From IMG/VR virus record IMGVR_UViG_3300025133_000143, positions 1 to 53,566 of that record: a DNA stretch of 53,566 nucleotides, one strand, 5' to 3'. Origin of the DNA: a virus. Lineage: Duplodnaviria > Caudoviricetes. The notes beneath the pieces are model-generated. The model searched no databases. It saw only the letters and a list, made by a program, of their open reading frames with translations, and was not told where the DNA came from. Shown piece by piece: positions 8,833 to 17,821 of this stretch (position 1 is the first letter of the stretch; each line of letters opens with the position of its first letter). A program made the translations under genes and the position numbers.

Positions 8833-9165
8833 TTATAAGTCTGGGTGCTCTTTTTCAAGGAGATCGAAAATATTTTCCACCTCCTCTTCATTAAGAGAAA
8901 ACTTTCTCTTAACAGTGTTCCCCTTCTTTTGTAGATCCTTCACAATCTTTGCTTGTGCTTTGCTTTGTGCACCAGAAGAAATCTTGAGGCGCTCTATAAA
9001 ATCTACCACAGCATAGTCTTGTTCTATATATCCTTTAATTAGTCCCCTAAAAAATTTCGACATCGTTAAACCATCGTGCTTGAGCCGAATAATTAAATCG
9101 GCATGATTTTTATCTTTATCTACAAAGGCTATCTTTTTTTCTTGATTCCCATAGTCGGCCATCAC
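8833..9165 (-). CDS. Ribbon-helix-helix-like DNA-binding protein
   Basis: KKIAFVD..NHADLIIRL..DGLTMSKFFRGLIKGYI fits the RHH pattern. Confidence 0.5.
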   Translation of the reverse strand: MMADYGNQEKKIAFVDKDKNHADLIIRLKHDGLTMSKFFRGLIKGYIEQDYAVVDFIERLKISSGAQSKAQAKIVKDLQKKGNTVKRKFSLNEEEVENIFDLLEKEHPDL

Positions 9166-10202
9166 TTCTTCTCCAGAATATGGGTGCGCGATTCAGCTTG
9201 CCCAGCATTAGTTTGCTTAACAAAAGACGCTGCGGCCTGGAATTCTAAAATAGAGCGGCATCCCGAATAGGAAAGGCCGCTTCGAATGCCTCGTTTAAGC
9301 TCCTGGAGGATTGGATACACCGAACCTTTGTAGGGAATGAAAGTAGAAATACCCTCATTGGAACCTACCTTCCCTCGCCATTCTGTCTGTGCTTCTTGGC
9401 TTGCCATCCCTCGATAACTCTTAACTTGTTCTCCGTGGATATTAGTATAAAGCTCCCCCGGAGATTGATCAGTCCCTGCCAACATAGAACCCAGCATCAC
9501 GAAGTCTGCTCCGGCAGCAATAGCTTTTACAATATCGCCACTAGTTCTTAACCCGCCGTCTGCAATAATTTTTACATCTCGATCAATGTCCGCCTTAAAA
9601 CATTCTAATACTGAATGGAAGGTGGGGACGCCATGGCCCGTCTGAATTCGCGTCGAACAAATAGAGCCGCCGCCAATTCCTACTTTAATAGAATCTGCGC
9701 CCCAGTTAGCCAGGTCCTCGAAAGCGGAGCGCATGGCTACGTTCCCAGCCATAAGATGAACTTCGTCTCCAAATAGAGCTTTGAGCTTTAAAAGAGCATC
9801 GCGCATCAATACATGATGACCATGAGCAACGTCTAAACATAAAATTTTAGCACCTGCGGCGTGGAGTTCTTGTGCTCGTTCATAAAAATCATTTGTGATT
9901 CCAATGGCTGCAGCGGGACGCATGTGATGAGTGGAGGGGAAATAGTGTAAAACATCTTTTACAATCTCCGCCTGTTCCTCGATAGAATTATAACGATGAA
10001 TTACCCCGAGTCCGCCCGCTTCGCTCATAGCCACACACATAGATGCTTCGGTAACAGTATCCATGGGGGCTGAAATAACAGGGAAGTCGAAAGATAGATC
10101 ACCCAACAAACTTTGCAGACTCACTTCGGAGCGCGACTTAATGTCACTGCGGCGGGGAACCAAGAGCACATCGTCATAAGATAAAACTTCTTCGATTTTC
10201 AT
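9162..10202 (-). CDS. IMPDH/GMP reductase family enzyme without CBS domains
   Basis: SYDDVLLVP, SAPMDTVT, DVAHGH, KVGIGGGSICSTR (catalytic Cys), IIADGG, YRGMAS; start at 10202 overlaps the dUTPase stop (ATGA). Confidence 0.9.
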   Translation of the reverse strand: MKIEEVLSYDDVLLVPRRSDIKSRSEVSLQSLLGDLSFDFPVISAPMDTVTEASMCVAMSEAGGLGVIHRYNSIEEQAEIVKDVLHYFPSTHHMRPAAAIGITNDFYERAQELHAAGAKILCLDVAHGHHVLMRDALLKLKALFGDEVHLMAGNVAMRSAFEDLANWGADSIKVGIGGGSICSTRIQTGHGVPTFHSVLECFKADIDRDVKIIADGGLRTSGDIVKAIAAGADFVMLGSMLAGTDQSPGELYTNIHGEQVKSYRGMASQEAQTEWRGKVGSNEGISTFIPYKGSVYPILQELKRGIRSGLSYSGCRSILEFQAAASFVKQTNAGQAESRTHILEKK

Positions 10203-10738
10203 TTGTGTGGGCCTAAAGTATCCCCCAACTCCCATGCCGAGGGCATGCTGAATGGATCGATAGATTTAACACTTGTAACATCACTGGAGCCCAGGGACCG
10301 GTCCGCCCGGTCGCTCATGCTGATGGGATACCACTTATAAAGATTATCTTCCCTCGTTTCGAGGGCTCGAAAATGTACTACCGGCACCATTACAATTTGG
10401 GCAATTTTCATACCCTTCTCAATAAATTGGGACTGGCTTCCCACGTTATGAAGATTTACAAAAACTTCGCCATCATAACCAGCGTCGATAACACAAGCGC
10501 CAACCAACAAATTTCTTTTCGCAGCATTGCCGCTCCTATTTTTTACTTCTAACATATACCCGTGGGGAACACCAAACTTCAATCCAGTTTCAAAAAGTTT
10601 ACTTTCGCCCGGTTCGAGATACACTCCTGTAAGTGATGCGTCTTCGGGGTTATAATAAACATCCAACCCAGCGTCCGACGGATTCACGCGGCTGGGAGGG
10701 ATTGCATCTTCTCGGGTTCGGTAATATTCTAACATCAT
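10199..10738 (-). CDS. dut: Trimeric dUTPase
   Basis: SDAGLD, KNRSG, VIDAGYDGE, KIAQIV; start moved to ATG 10738 by AAGGAG SD. Confidence 0.9.
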   Translation of the reverse strand: MMLEYYRTREDAIPPSRVNPSDAGLDVYYNPEDASLTGVYLEPGESKLFETGLKFGVPHGYMLEVKNRSGNAAKRNLLVGACVIDAGYDGEVFVNLHNVGSQSQFIEKGMKIAQIVMVPVVHFRALETREDNLYKWYPISMSDRADRSLGSSDVTSVKSIDPFSMPSAWELGDTLGPHK

Positions 10739-10739
10739 T

Positions 10740-12242
10740 TTAATTTCTCCTTTGATGACTGCAAGCAAGATGCTGCGGTCCTTTTTTGTTAAACGATTGA
10801 GGAAGCGTGACGCAGGGGCTAGACCACTCGGACGGTTGCGAACCCAAGCCGTCGGCACATTTAATGTTGCGATTTACTATGCCATGTAACATAGAGATGT
10901 CTACCGCCCATGGGCTCGCTAAATCTAAAATTCTTCTTTTACATTCAGCTACGTTATCCTCCATGATATCAATGCCATACACTGTGGAGAGGGCGTCGAT
11001 GGGCGCAATTCCATGGGCGACTCGCTTCTTAATTATTTCGATAATAAAATTACCATTTCCACAGGCGGGATCAATAAAAGTTTTATCCTTATCGCTCCAG
11101 TGGCGGGGAGCCACGCAGTCCAGCATCTCCCGGACTAACTCCACGGGCGTGAAGACCTCTCCCAATTTTTTAACTCGTTGAGAGGTTCTAATTTCAGATT
11201 TAGGAGTTTCTTTTTTCTTTGCTTTCCTTGGAGAATAATTTTCCAAGTATTCTACCTCTTGCGCCGTCAAAGAGAACAAAGCGTAGTAATCAGTGTCGGA
11301 CATGTCCACCGTTAAATCAATGTGAGGGATCGATGAAAATACTATTTCATTTCCAAAACCCGACCACTTCGCAGTTTTAAAAATATAAGACATCAGCTTG
11401 CTTTTTAAAAAAGCTTCGAGTCTCTTTCCTTCGACTTCATTATTTACTAAAATATAATATCCCATATCGGTACATCCGTAGCGTCCGTCATCATAAAAAG
11501 GCTTCGTGTACCCGCTTCTTGACCACATGACTTTCTTTTTGTCTGCAAAACTCTGTTTAATCGATGAAAACCAAATCTTATTGTTAGTATGAAAAACTGG
11601 ATATATATGATCGGGCGACGGTCGCTCGCTAAGAGTTATGTCACAATTGTGTAGGCGCTCCCTCCATAATAGAAGACTCTTCTCGCGGCGTTGGCGAACT
11701 TTCTCAGAAACAGACTCCTCTAATTGTTTCTCGATAGAGGTTATCTTTTTAAGGGTAAGTTTTCTTTTGTGTCTTATAACATTGTGACAAGTAACATAAT
11801 CGTAGTTTAAAGATACTTTGCGAGGCGGCTGGAACATAACCTTCTGGTGAATAGAAATGGATTCTCCGCAGAAGTCGTTGGGAAAATATTTTATGCTCGT
11901 GCCCACATCTAGAGCGAACTGATTCTCAGAATTTTTAATCACCGTAGTTATATTATTATTACTCTTTTTAATATGATAAAAGCTAAACGTCGAACCAATC
12001 CCGGGGAAGTGGTTTTCGATATCTAAAGATAGTTGTAACACATCGTTTTCTTTAAAAAGGTTAAGAACCTTATTGCTGGGAGATCCCCACGAACTAGGAG
12101 AAATCCAGATCAATTCTCCCTCCTCAGTCAAGAAATCCGAGAACCACTTGGTAGTAAACTCAATCCATAATTTATGTTGGGTCTTCTTTCTATTTTCAGT
12201 GTCTTGGAAGGGGGGATTCCCAAAAATAAAATCAAAAATCAT
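10740..12242 (-). CDS. N6-adenine DNA methyltransferase with permuted motif order
   Basis: N-terminal FDFIFGNPPF (motif IV); C-terminal GEVFTP, FIDPACGNGNF (motif I), YGIDI, NIKCAD. Confidence 0.85.
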   Translation of the reverse strand: MIFDFIFGNPPFQDTENRKKTQHKLWIEFTTKWFSDFLTEEGELIWISPSSWGSPSNKVLNLFKENDVLQLSLDIENHFPGIGSTFSFYHIKKSNNNITTVIKNSENQFALDVGTSIKYFPNDFCGESISIHQKVMFQPPRKVSLNYDYVTCHNVIRHKRKLTLKKITSIEKQLEESVSEKVRQRREKSLLLWRERLHNCDITLSERPSPDHIYPVFHTNNKIWFSSIKQSFADKKKVMWSRSGYTKPFYDDGRYGCTDMGYYILVNNEVEGKRLEAFLKSKLMSYIFKTAKWSGFGNEIVFSSIPHIDLTVDMSDTDYYALFSLTAQEVEYLENYSPRKAKKKETPKSEIRTSQRVKKLGEVFTPVELVREMLDCVAPRHWSDKDKTFIDPACGNGNFIIEIIKKRVAHGIAPIDALSTVYGIDIMEDNVAECKRRILDLASPWAVDISMLHGIVNRNIKCADGLGSQPSEWSSPCVTLPQSFNKKGPQHLACSHQRRN

Positions 12243-13384
12243 CCGGCCTCCGCAACTGCGTTGAGCGCTGCGCCTAACTTAAAATAAGTGTTGATGGAAG
12301 TCGCTAGCTCTTTAGATTTTTTGGGCCGTCTGTCGCCCCAAAAGAGATTTTTATTTTCTTTCGCATGGTACTGAGTACCAGAATATTTATTATTGCTGGG
12401 CCGGTGCCATGCGCCATTGGCTTGTAACGTAAAGGGCATTTCAATACTTACTACCTTTCCCTCATCATCAACGAAACAAAATTTAAGACTTTGCCCCATA
12501 GCTTTATAAGTAACCCGACAGTTTTCGGAATTAATACGGCGGAGGATTTCGGCATATCTATCATCTAGAAACGAACATAAATATTTTCCCTTCGGGCCAA
12601 TCAAGAGAAGTTCTTCTTGATAATCGAGGCCGGCCATCTTCATGATACGCTGACGAATTTGGGGCTCGGGGAGTTTTTCCAACGCTGCTTGCATACGCAC
12701 AGCAGCGGCATGCCCACGAGTCGTGCAATCTTTTTTCCACTCGTCCTTAATATTATTCCAATTGGAGGCTTCAGGGCCGTAGGCATACTTCGCTCTTATT
12801 TGATTGTTTTGCTCGGCGAGCCACTCATAATCCGCGAGCAGATTGCCATACCCCATCTGCTCCAACAAAAAATTTCTCCTCTCATGGTGTCTGGAACTGA
12901 ACTTTATATCTGTCCCTGGCTCATAATATGTTCCGACGCCAGCTGATTTAAACATGCATCCCGTTAGGAAGGATAGCCACGTACCCGAACACAGCTGGAT
13001 TCGACTGTATCCTTTTTTATAGTTTTTGAGGGAAACCGAAACTTCATTTCCGTCGCTCATCTTAATAAGAAAATCCCCCTTCTTCTGTATGTTGCGATAC
13101 TGCGCCTCAACATCAATGAAGTCGAACGACTGATCAGGGTACTTCTTTAGAAGTGCTGAGAAAAAGTCGCAAAGGATTGCATCTACGTTTGTTTTGTAGG
13201 GGCTTTTTTTAAATTGATCCACTATATCGCGCTTTTCGCAATATTGCTCGAAGTGAAGCTTCTTTTCCTCAACGTCCAAAGAAATGGCGCGCCCCTGTTG
13301 GACCGCCATTAATTGGAGCAAGTAGACTACATAAGCTTCAGCAGCATCTTGGATATAATGTTCTCTTGCGTTCCCGGCTCCCAT
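12239..13384 (-). CDS. Putative restriction endonuclease (PD-(D/E)xK-like)
   Basis: AAE...KKGDFLI...VSVSLKNY; ATGA-coupled to the MTase. Confidence 0.55.
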   Translation of the reverse strand: MGAGNAREHYIQDAAEAYVVYLLQLMAVQQGRAISLDVEEKKLHFEQYCEKRDIVDQFKKSPYKTNVDAILCDFFSALLKKYPDQSFDFIDVEAQYRNIQKKGDFLIKMSDGNEVSVSLKNYKKGYSRIQLCSGTWLSFLTGCMFKSAGVGTYYEPGTDIKFSSRHHERRNFLLEQMGYGNLLADYEWLAEQNNQIRAKYAYGPEASNWNNIKDEWKKDCTTRGHAAAVRMQAALEKLPEPQIRQRIMKMAGLDYQEELLLIGPKGKYLCSFLDDRYAEILRRINSENCRVTYKAMGQSLKFCFVDDEGKVVSIEMPFTLQANGAWHRPSNNKYSGTQYHAKENKNLFWGDRRPKKSKELATSINTYFKLGAALNAVAEAG

Positions 13385-13385
13385 C

Positions 13386-13679
13386 TTATTGGCTCTTTCC
13401 AGCTACAGTTGTAAGAGTATCTAGAATTTTAGTAAATTCATCCATGTCAAAATTCTTTGTATTCATCATGCGATAAGCCTTTGTGGTCATAGAAATTTCA
13501 TCGCGGGTGAGCCACCCTTGGTCTTTGAAATCTTTACGCAATTCGCGCTTCTGCTCTTTGTACGGTTCCATAGCTTCTTCTAGGGCTCGGAATGAGCGGA
13601 TAAAATCCACCATCTTTTCTTGCCTATCATCAAGTTCGGGGGTTTGAGTTACGGGTTCTACTACGTGTAAGTTGGACAT
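13386..13679 (-). CDS. GapR/DUF2312/T4 DsbA-like dsDNA-binding protein
   Basis: FIRSFRALEEAMEPYKEQKRELRKDFKDQG pattern. Confidence 0.55.
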   Translation of the reverse strand: MSNLHVVEPVTQTPELDDRQEKMVDFIRSFRALEEAMEPYKEQKRELRKDFKDQGWLTRDEISMTTKAYRMMNTKNFDMDEFTKILDTLTTVAGKSQ

Positions 13680-13708
13680 TTAAGTCGCTCCTTTGTTTTT
13701 ACATCTAT

Positions 13709-13737
13709 AATATAACATATATTCTTCTCATCGTCAA
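13709..13737 (-). promoter_or_regulatory. sigma70-type promoter TTGACG-N17-TATATT with extended TG
   Basis: Intergenic, upstream of 13679; AAGGAG SD downstream. Confidence 0.8.
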
Positions 13738-13764
13738 GAAAAAAAATGTTAAAAATAAGTTAGG

Positions 13765-13959
13765 CTAATCATCCGGCCATGCATTTTTAGCATAGGGACG
13801 ATGCCCATGGGCCTGATAAATTCGTAAGACAGATTTCATGGCGTCTCGGGCTGTTTCGGCGTGACGTAGTTGTTCCTGCGTATGCTGCAATCTTCGGCGC
13901 AAATCGTCAATTTCATCATCACGGTATTTACAACCACGGCATTTATCATCTTCATTCAT
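13765..13959 (-). CDS. Small CxxC coiled-coil protein
   Basis: CRGC followed by heptads. Confidence 0.5.
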   Translation of the reverse strand: MNEDDKCRGCKYRDDEIDDLRRRLQHTQEQLRHAETARDAMKSVLRIYQAHGHRPYAKNAWPDD

Positions 13960-14011
13960 TCATAAGTAACTATAAAGGGATTGACCAAAGACGCCAAAGA
14001 CTACACCATGT

Positions 14012-14200
14012 TTATTCTGGCTTGCTTTTTACGTCCAAAACAAACATGCCATTTGCTGAAGGAGCGCGGGAACATTCGTTTGCAAGAATCTTCTTTGCCA
14101 ATTCGGGCTTGTTGTGATAAAAATCAACATAATCCGCCAGTGCTTGGCGAATATCATTCCTGTCAAAATATATTCGTGTTTGTAAGTTTTTAAATTTCAC
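14012..14200 (-). CDS. Small hypothetical protein
   Basis: 62 aa, GAGG SD, overlaps the upstream stop. Confidence 0.55.
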   Translation of the reverse strand: MKFKNLQTRIYFDRNDIRQALADYVDFYHNKPELAKKILANECSRAPSANGMFVLDVKSKPE

Positions 14201-14393
14201 TTTTTTCCTCTTCTAATTTTAGTTGATTAAACATCTCTGTGCGCAGAAAGTAAAGTGCTCCTCTGCAACGCACTCTTATTAAATTTGTCCGCCATGGATC
14301 ACGAATGATTTCAATCGGAGTCCCTGGTATAAATCCCACTCTTGCCAATTCGTATGGCACACTCGACTCAAGTGCTATAATTTTTCTTTCCAC
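14190..14393 (-). CDS. FeoA-like SH3 domain protein
   Basis: LARVGFIPGTPIEIIR..NLIRVRCRGALYFLR matches the FeoA consensus (L..MG..PG..I.V....I.VRG....LR). Confidence 0.65.
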   Translation of the reverse strand: MERKIIALESSVPYELARVGFIPGTPIEIIRDPWRTNLIRVRCRGALYFLRTEMFNQLKLEEEKSEI

Positions 14394-14395
14394 CT

Positions 14396-17300
14396 CTATC
14401 CCAGCAATCTAAAGTTTCTACCGATGCTGCGTGTACTGAAACCCCATTTTTCATTGAATTCAAGTTTAGCAAGATAGGGTCGGTTTACTAAAATGCGGTC
14501 GCTCTTTTTCAGACCCCAGCATCGGATCTTTGTCATCGCATTGGTATCATCAATAACTTCCATAATCCAATAAGATTTACCATGTTTGGTTTGCTTTTCG
14601 ACAACTTTGCGAGGGATAAACCAAACGGCCTGACAAAGCTCTGGATCGTAATTTGCAATAGCTGGAATATATAACTCACTCAAGCGATCATATATTTCTT
14701 GATTCATAACTCTCTTGAATGGGAAGACCCCCGTCAACTCAATAATGTGTGAGATTTTCTCTTCGTTGGAGAATTCCCCCTCGGGGGCATAGAGTTCAAT
14801 ATTTTCTTCTAGATTCTTAAGTTTGCGCGGTCTATCGATAGCTACCGCAGACCAGAAATGCTTTTCACCTGTGAACCTTTTGTCGACCAAACTTTTCAAG
14901 GCGCCACACCTACATAATACATCTAGGGATTTTTTATTTAATTTAGAGTAAACGATGTTATCATTGAATAGAAAGTCCTCTACTTTGGCGAACGGTCTAT
15001 TAACAATAATCTGATCGATAGCCACCTCTCCGAGTCCCTTGATCGAAGAAAGGGGCTGAATCAGCGTAGAGCCATCTTCCGAGATTTCCCAAACTTTACC
15101 CGATGAGTTGATATCCAGTCCTCGAATTTCAAAGCCAAAAGACTTAGCGATCCCAATTGCTTTTTCTTTTTTGGCTTCTGGTTCTTTATCGAGAAATGCC
15201 GCCATCCATTCGGCTGGATAGTAGTTTAGCAACCACGCGCACTGATAGGAGAGGAAACAATACGACACTGCGTGACTCTTATTAAATCCATAACCTGAGA
15301 AATATTCGAATGTTTCCCAGAGTCTTGTCCCCTCTCGTTTGGTTAGTCCCTTCTCGGTACAACCAGTGATAAATTTGGTAAAGAGTTTTTTCTTAACCTT
15401 GGCTTCTTTGCCTGTTCCTTTCTTGGTCAAAACTTTGCGTAGTAAGTTCCCCTCGTCCAATGAAATATCTTTGCCCAACTGGTGTGCCAAAAGTGCTATC
15501 TGTTCTTGGAAAATTAAAAAACCGTGGGTTTTCTCAGTTACTTCACGAACCGTATCGTGGACATACTTGATAAGATGCGGGTGCTGTTTGGCCTCAATAT
15601 AATTATTGTGAACATTGGCGCCCAATGGTCCTGGGCGATAGATAGAAGTGATGGCGGCTAAATCAATTAAGCTTGTTGGCTTTGCTTGGACACAGAAGTT
15701 TTGTGCTCCACCTTCAGTGAACTGAAAAATTCCTCCCCACTTACCTTTGTGGAAAACATTTTTATAAACTTGTTGATCATCCAGATCAATCTTATCGGGG
15801 TGAAGATAATTATTATAATAAGCTTGGACATCTTCGAAAGAAGGATCCTCGTTCCCATAGTGGCGCTTAAGAATATGGCGGATAGACCCCTCGATCATAC
15901 GCAAGGTTGAAAGGCCAAGAATATCAAACTTAATGAAGCCCATAGGTTCCAAATGTCGGACATTTTGTCCTTCGCTCCATGGAGTTTGGCGAACGCCTCC
16001 CGAGTTAATTAAGGGCATCCGACTATTTAAGTTTTCTCCGACCACAACTCCACCAGCATGTCGTGAACATGATCTAACCTGACCATATAATGCATCTACA
16101 TGAGTTTTAACATGAGGATATTTGGCCAAAAAGGTCTGCAATGTCTGGCTGAACTCCATCACCTCTTCAAAGGTCGGTGTATAAACTCCAGTTTTAATCC
16201 CATGCCTAATTTTAGCCGGATTGACTGCTTCATAAATCATCTTTCCTGTCACTTCATTAGATTCAGTAAAGGGAATGCCATAAAATTTAGAAATGTCTTT
16301 AATCAAACTTCTTAGCTGCAGTGTGTTCCAGTTCGAAATAGGTACAACTTTATCGTCACCCCACTCCTCGATAAGAATATCTTTTAATACCATAGGATCG
16401 GATACATCATAATCAATGTCGGGATAATCTGTGGCATCTGCGCGGAGAAACCGAGCAAACTGTAGATTCCACTTAATGGGGTCGACCTGCGTGATATTCA
16501 AAGCATAAGCCACCAACGAACCCGCAGCAGAACCTCGTCCCGGTCCAGCGATCATTACCTCGTTGGCCTTTAAACTAATCTGATTCATTGTCAGGAAATA
16601 TTTAGAAAAACCTCTATCCGAGATTACTCCCAATTCCATCCTCAATCTGTCAGTATATTCTTGACTGGTATGTAAGTTTTTGTTTCTCAGACCCTCAAGG
16701 CAAAACCTTTCCAAAGCCGTGTCGGCAGTTTCGCCGGCTGGAATAACAAAGTCTGGCAATTGGACTTCATTGTTTGGCAAGAAGGATTCGATCCGGTCGT
16801 GTGCAATGAAGTGGGTAGTCGTCATAGAGTTATAAACAAGATCGTCGTCATAATCTACTCCGCAGGATTTAGAATACTTCTTATACGCGGCCCACATTTG
16901 GTCGCCATTCCGAGGATAAAGTTCATAGCCAATTTCCTCTACTCCTTCGGGAAGCTCTCCGGTCATATAGTCGGGTTTAGATTTACCAAGCCAGCCAAGT
17001 CTTTTGTAAAGTTCCCGGTCTTTCCAAGCAGTTGGATTCGGATAGTGAGAATCGCACGTTGAAATTAAATCAATTCCAAATTCCTCATGCATCTTAATAA
17101 TGTATTTGTTAAGTTCATGTTGCTCGGGAATATTGTTCCATTGAAGTTCTCCATACCAGCGGTCTCCGAAGATATCCAGCATTTGTCTTGTTGTCCCACG
17201 CATAGCCTCTAGAACGGCTTCAGGGCCATTGTCCCGGTTCTCCCAGTAGTTTCCGGCGTATACTCCTCCTAGACATGCGGACGACGCTATGACCCCTTGA

Positions 17301-17821
17301 GAGTACTTTTTCAAGAGTTTGTAGTCTACGCGAGGGAATCTATAATAATTTCCAGGCTCAAAGGATTCGGAGATAAGAGAAAAGAGATTGTTTAGCCCCT
17401 CTTGATTCTGCGCCAAAAGAACAAGATGGCGCCTTCGATTGAGGATGTTTCGCACAGCCTTCTTTGATGCCTCTTCATCTTCCACGGTGGTTGCCGTCAC
17501 ATCTTTACTCAATGCCTTTTTGCGTTTCTTGTCTTCTTTAGCCGCTTCATAATCAGCTTTCCAGTCTTCCATTGAAGGTAGGAAATAGGCTTCAATGCCA
17601 AAGATGGGTTTAAAATCTCTCCCCTCTTCTTTCATTTTCTTTGCGTGCAGAACTTGATGAGGTAATCCATTCATATTCCCATGATCTGTCAATGCCAGGG
17701 CATCCATTCCATTTTCATATGCAAAATCCATATGTTCCTGTGGGTAGCCGATGGCATCAAAGATGCTTCCTGCTACACTGTGTGCATGTAATCCAATAAA
17801 GGGGATTTCACTCATTATCAT
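14396..17821 (-). CDS. dnaE: DNA polymerase III alpha subunit (family C)
   Basis: PHP HAHS, TDHG, GIEAY, CDSH; GRGSAAGS, PDIDYD, KFDILGL, YGFNKSHA; no intein evident. Confidence 0.97.
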   Translation of the reverse strand: MIMSEIPFIGLHAHSVAGSIFDAIGYPQEHMDFAYENGMDALALTDHGNMNGLPHQVLHAKKMKEEGRDFKPIFGIEAYFLPSMEDWKADYEAAKEDKKRKKALSKDVTATTVEDEEASKKAVRNILNRRRHLVLLAQNQEGLNNLFSLISESFEPGNYYRFPRVDYKLLKKYSQGVIASSACLGGVYAGNYWENRDNGPEAVLEAMRGTTRQMLDIFGDRWYGELQWNNIPEQHELNKYIIKMHEEFGIDLISTCDSHYPNPTAWKDRELYKRLGWLGKSKPDYMTGELPEGVEEIGYELYPRNGDQMWAAYKKYSKSCGVDYDDDLVYNSMTTTHFIAHDRIESFLPNNEVQLPDFVIPAGETADTALERFCLEGLRNKNLHTSQEYTDRLRMELGVISDRGFSKYFLTMNQISLKANEVMIAGPGRGSAAGSLVAYALNITQVDPIKWNLQFARFLRADATDYPDIDYDVSDPMVLKDILIEEWGDDKVVPISNWNTLQLRSLIKDISKFYGIPFTESNEVTGKMIYEAVNPAKIRHGIKTGVYTPTFEEVMEFSQTLQTFLAKYPHVKTHVDALYGQVRSCSRHAGGVVVGENLNSRMPLINSGGVRQTPWSEGQNVRHLEPMGFIKFDILGLSTLRMIEGSIRHILKRHYGNEDPSFEDVQAYYNNYLHPDKIDLDDQQVYKNVFHKGKWGGIFQFTEGGAQNFCVQAKPTSLIDLAAITSIYRPGPLGANVHNNYIEAKQHPHLIKYVHDTVREVTEKTHGFLIFQEQIALLAHQLGKDISLDEGNLLRKVLTKKGTGKEAKVKKKLFTKFITGCTEKGLTKREGTRLWETFEYFSGYGFNKSHAVSYCFLSYQCAWLLNYYPAEWMAAFLDKEPEAKKEKAIGIAKSFGFEIRGLDINSSGKVWEISEDGSTLIQPLSSIKGLGEVAIDQIIVNRPFAKVEDFLFNDNIVYSKLNKKSLDVLCRCGALKSLVDKRFTGEKHFWSAVAIDRPRKLKNLEENIELYAPEGEFSNEEKISHIIELTGVFPFKRVMNQEIYDRLSELYIPAIANYDPELCQAVWFIPRKVVEKQTKHGKSYWIMEVIDDTNAMTKIRCWGLKKSDRILVNRPYLAKLEFNEKWGFSTRSIGRNFRLLG

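Noticed and set aside
10739-10858. Long N-terminal extensions in the track for dut (also thyX, FKBP, WYL_2 and IMPDH)
   Set aside because: Downstream starts have better SD sites or ATGA coupling, and the extensions overlap other genes, promoters or terminators
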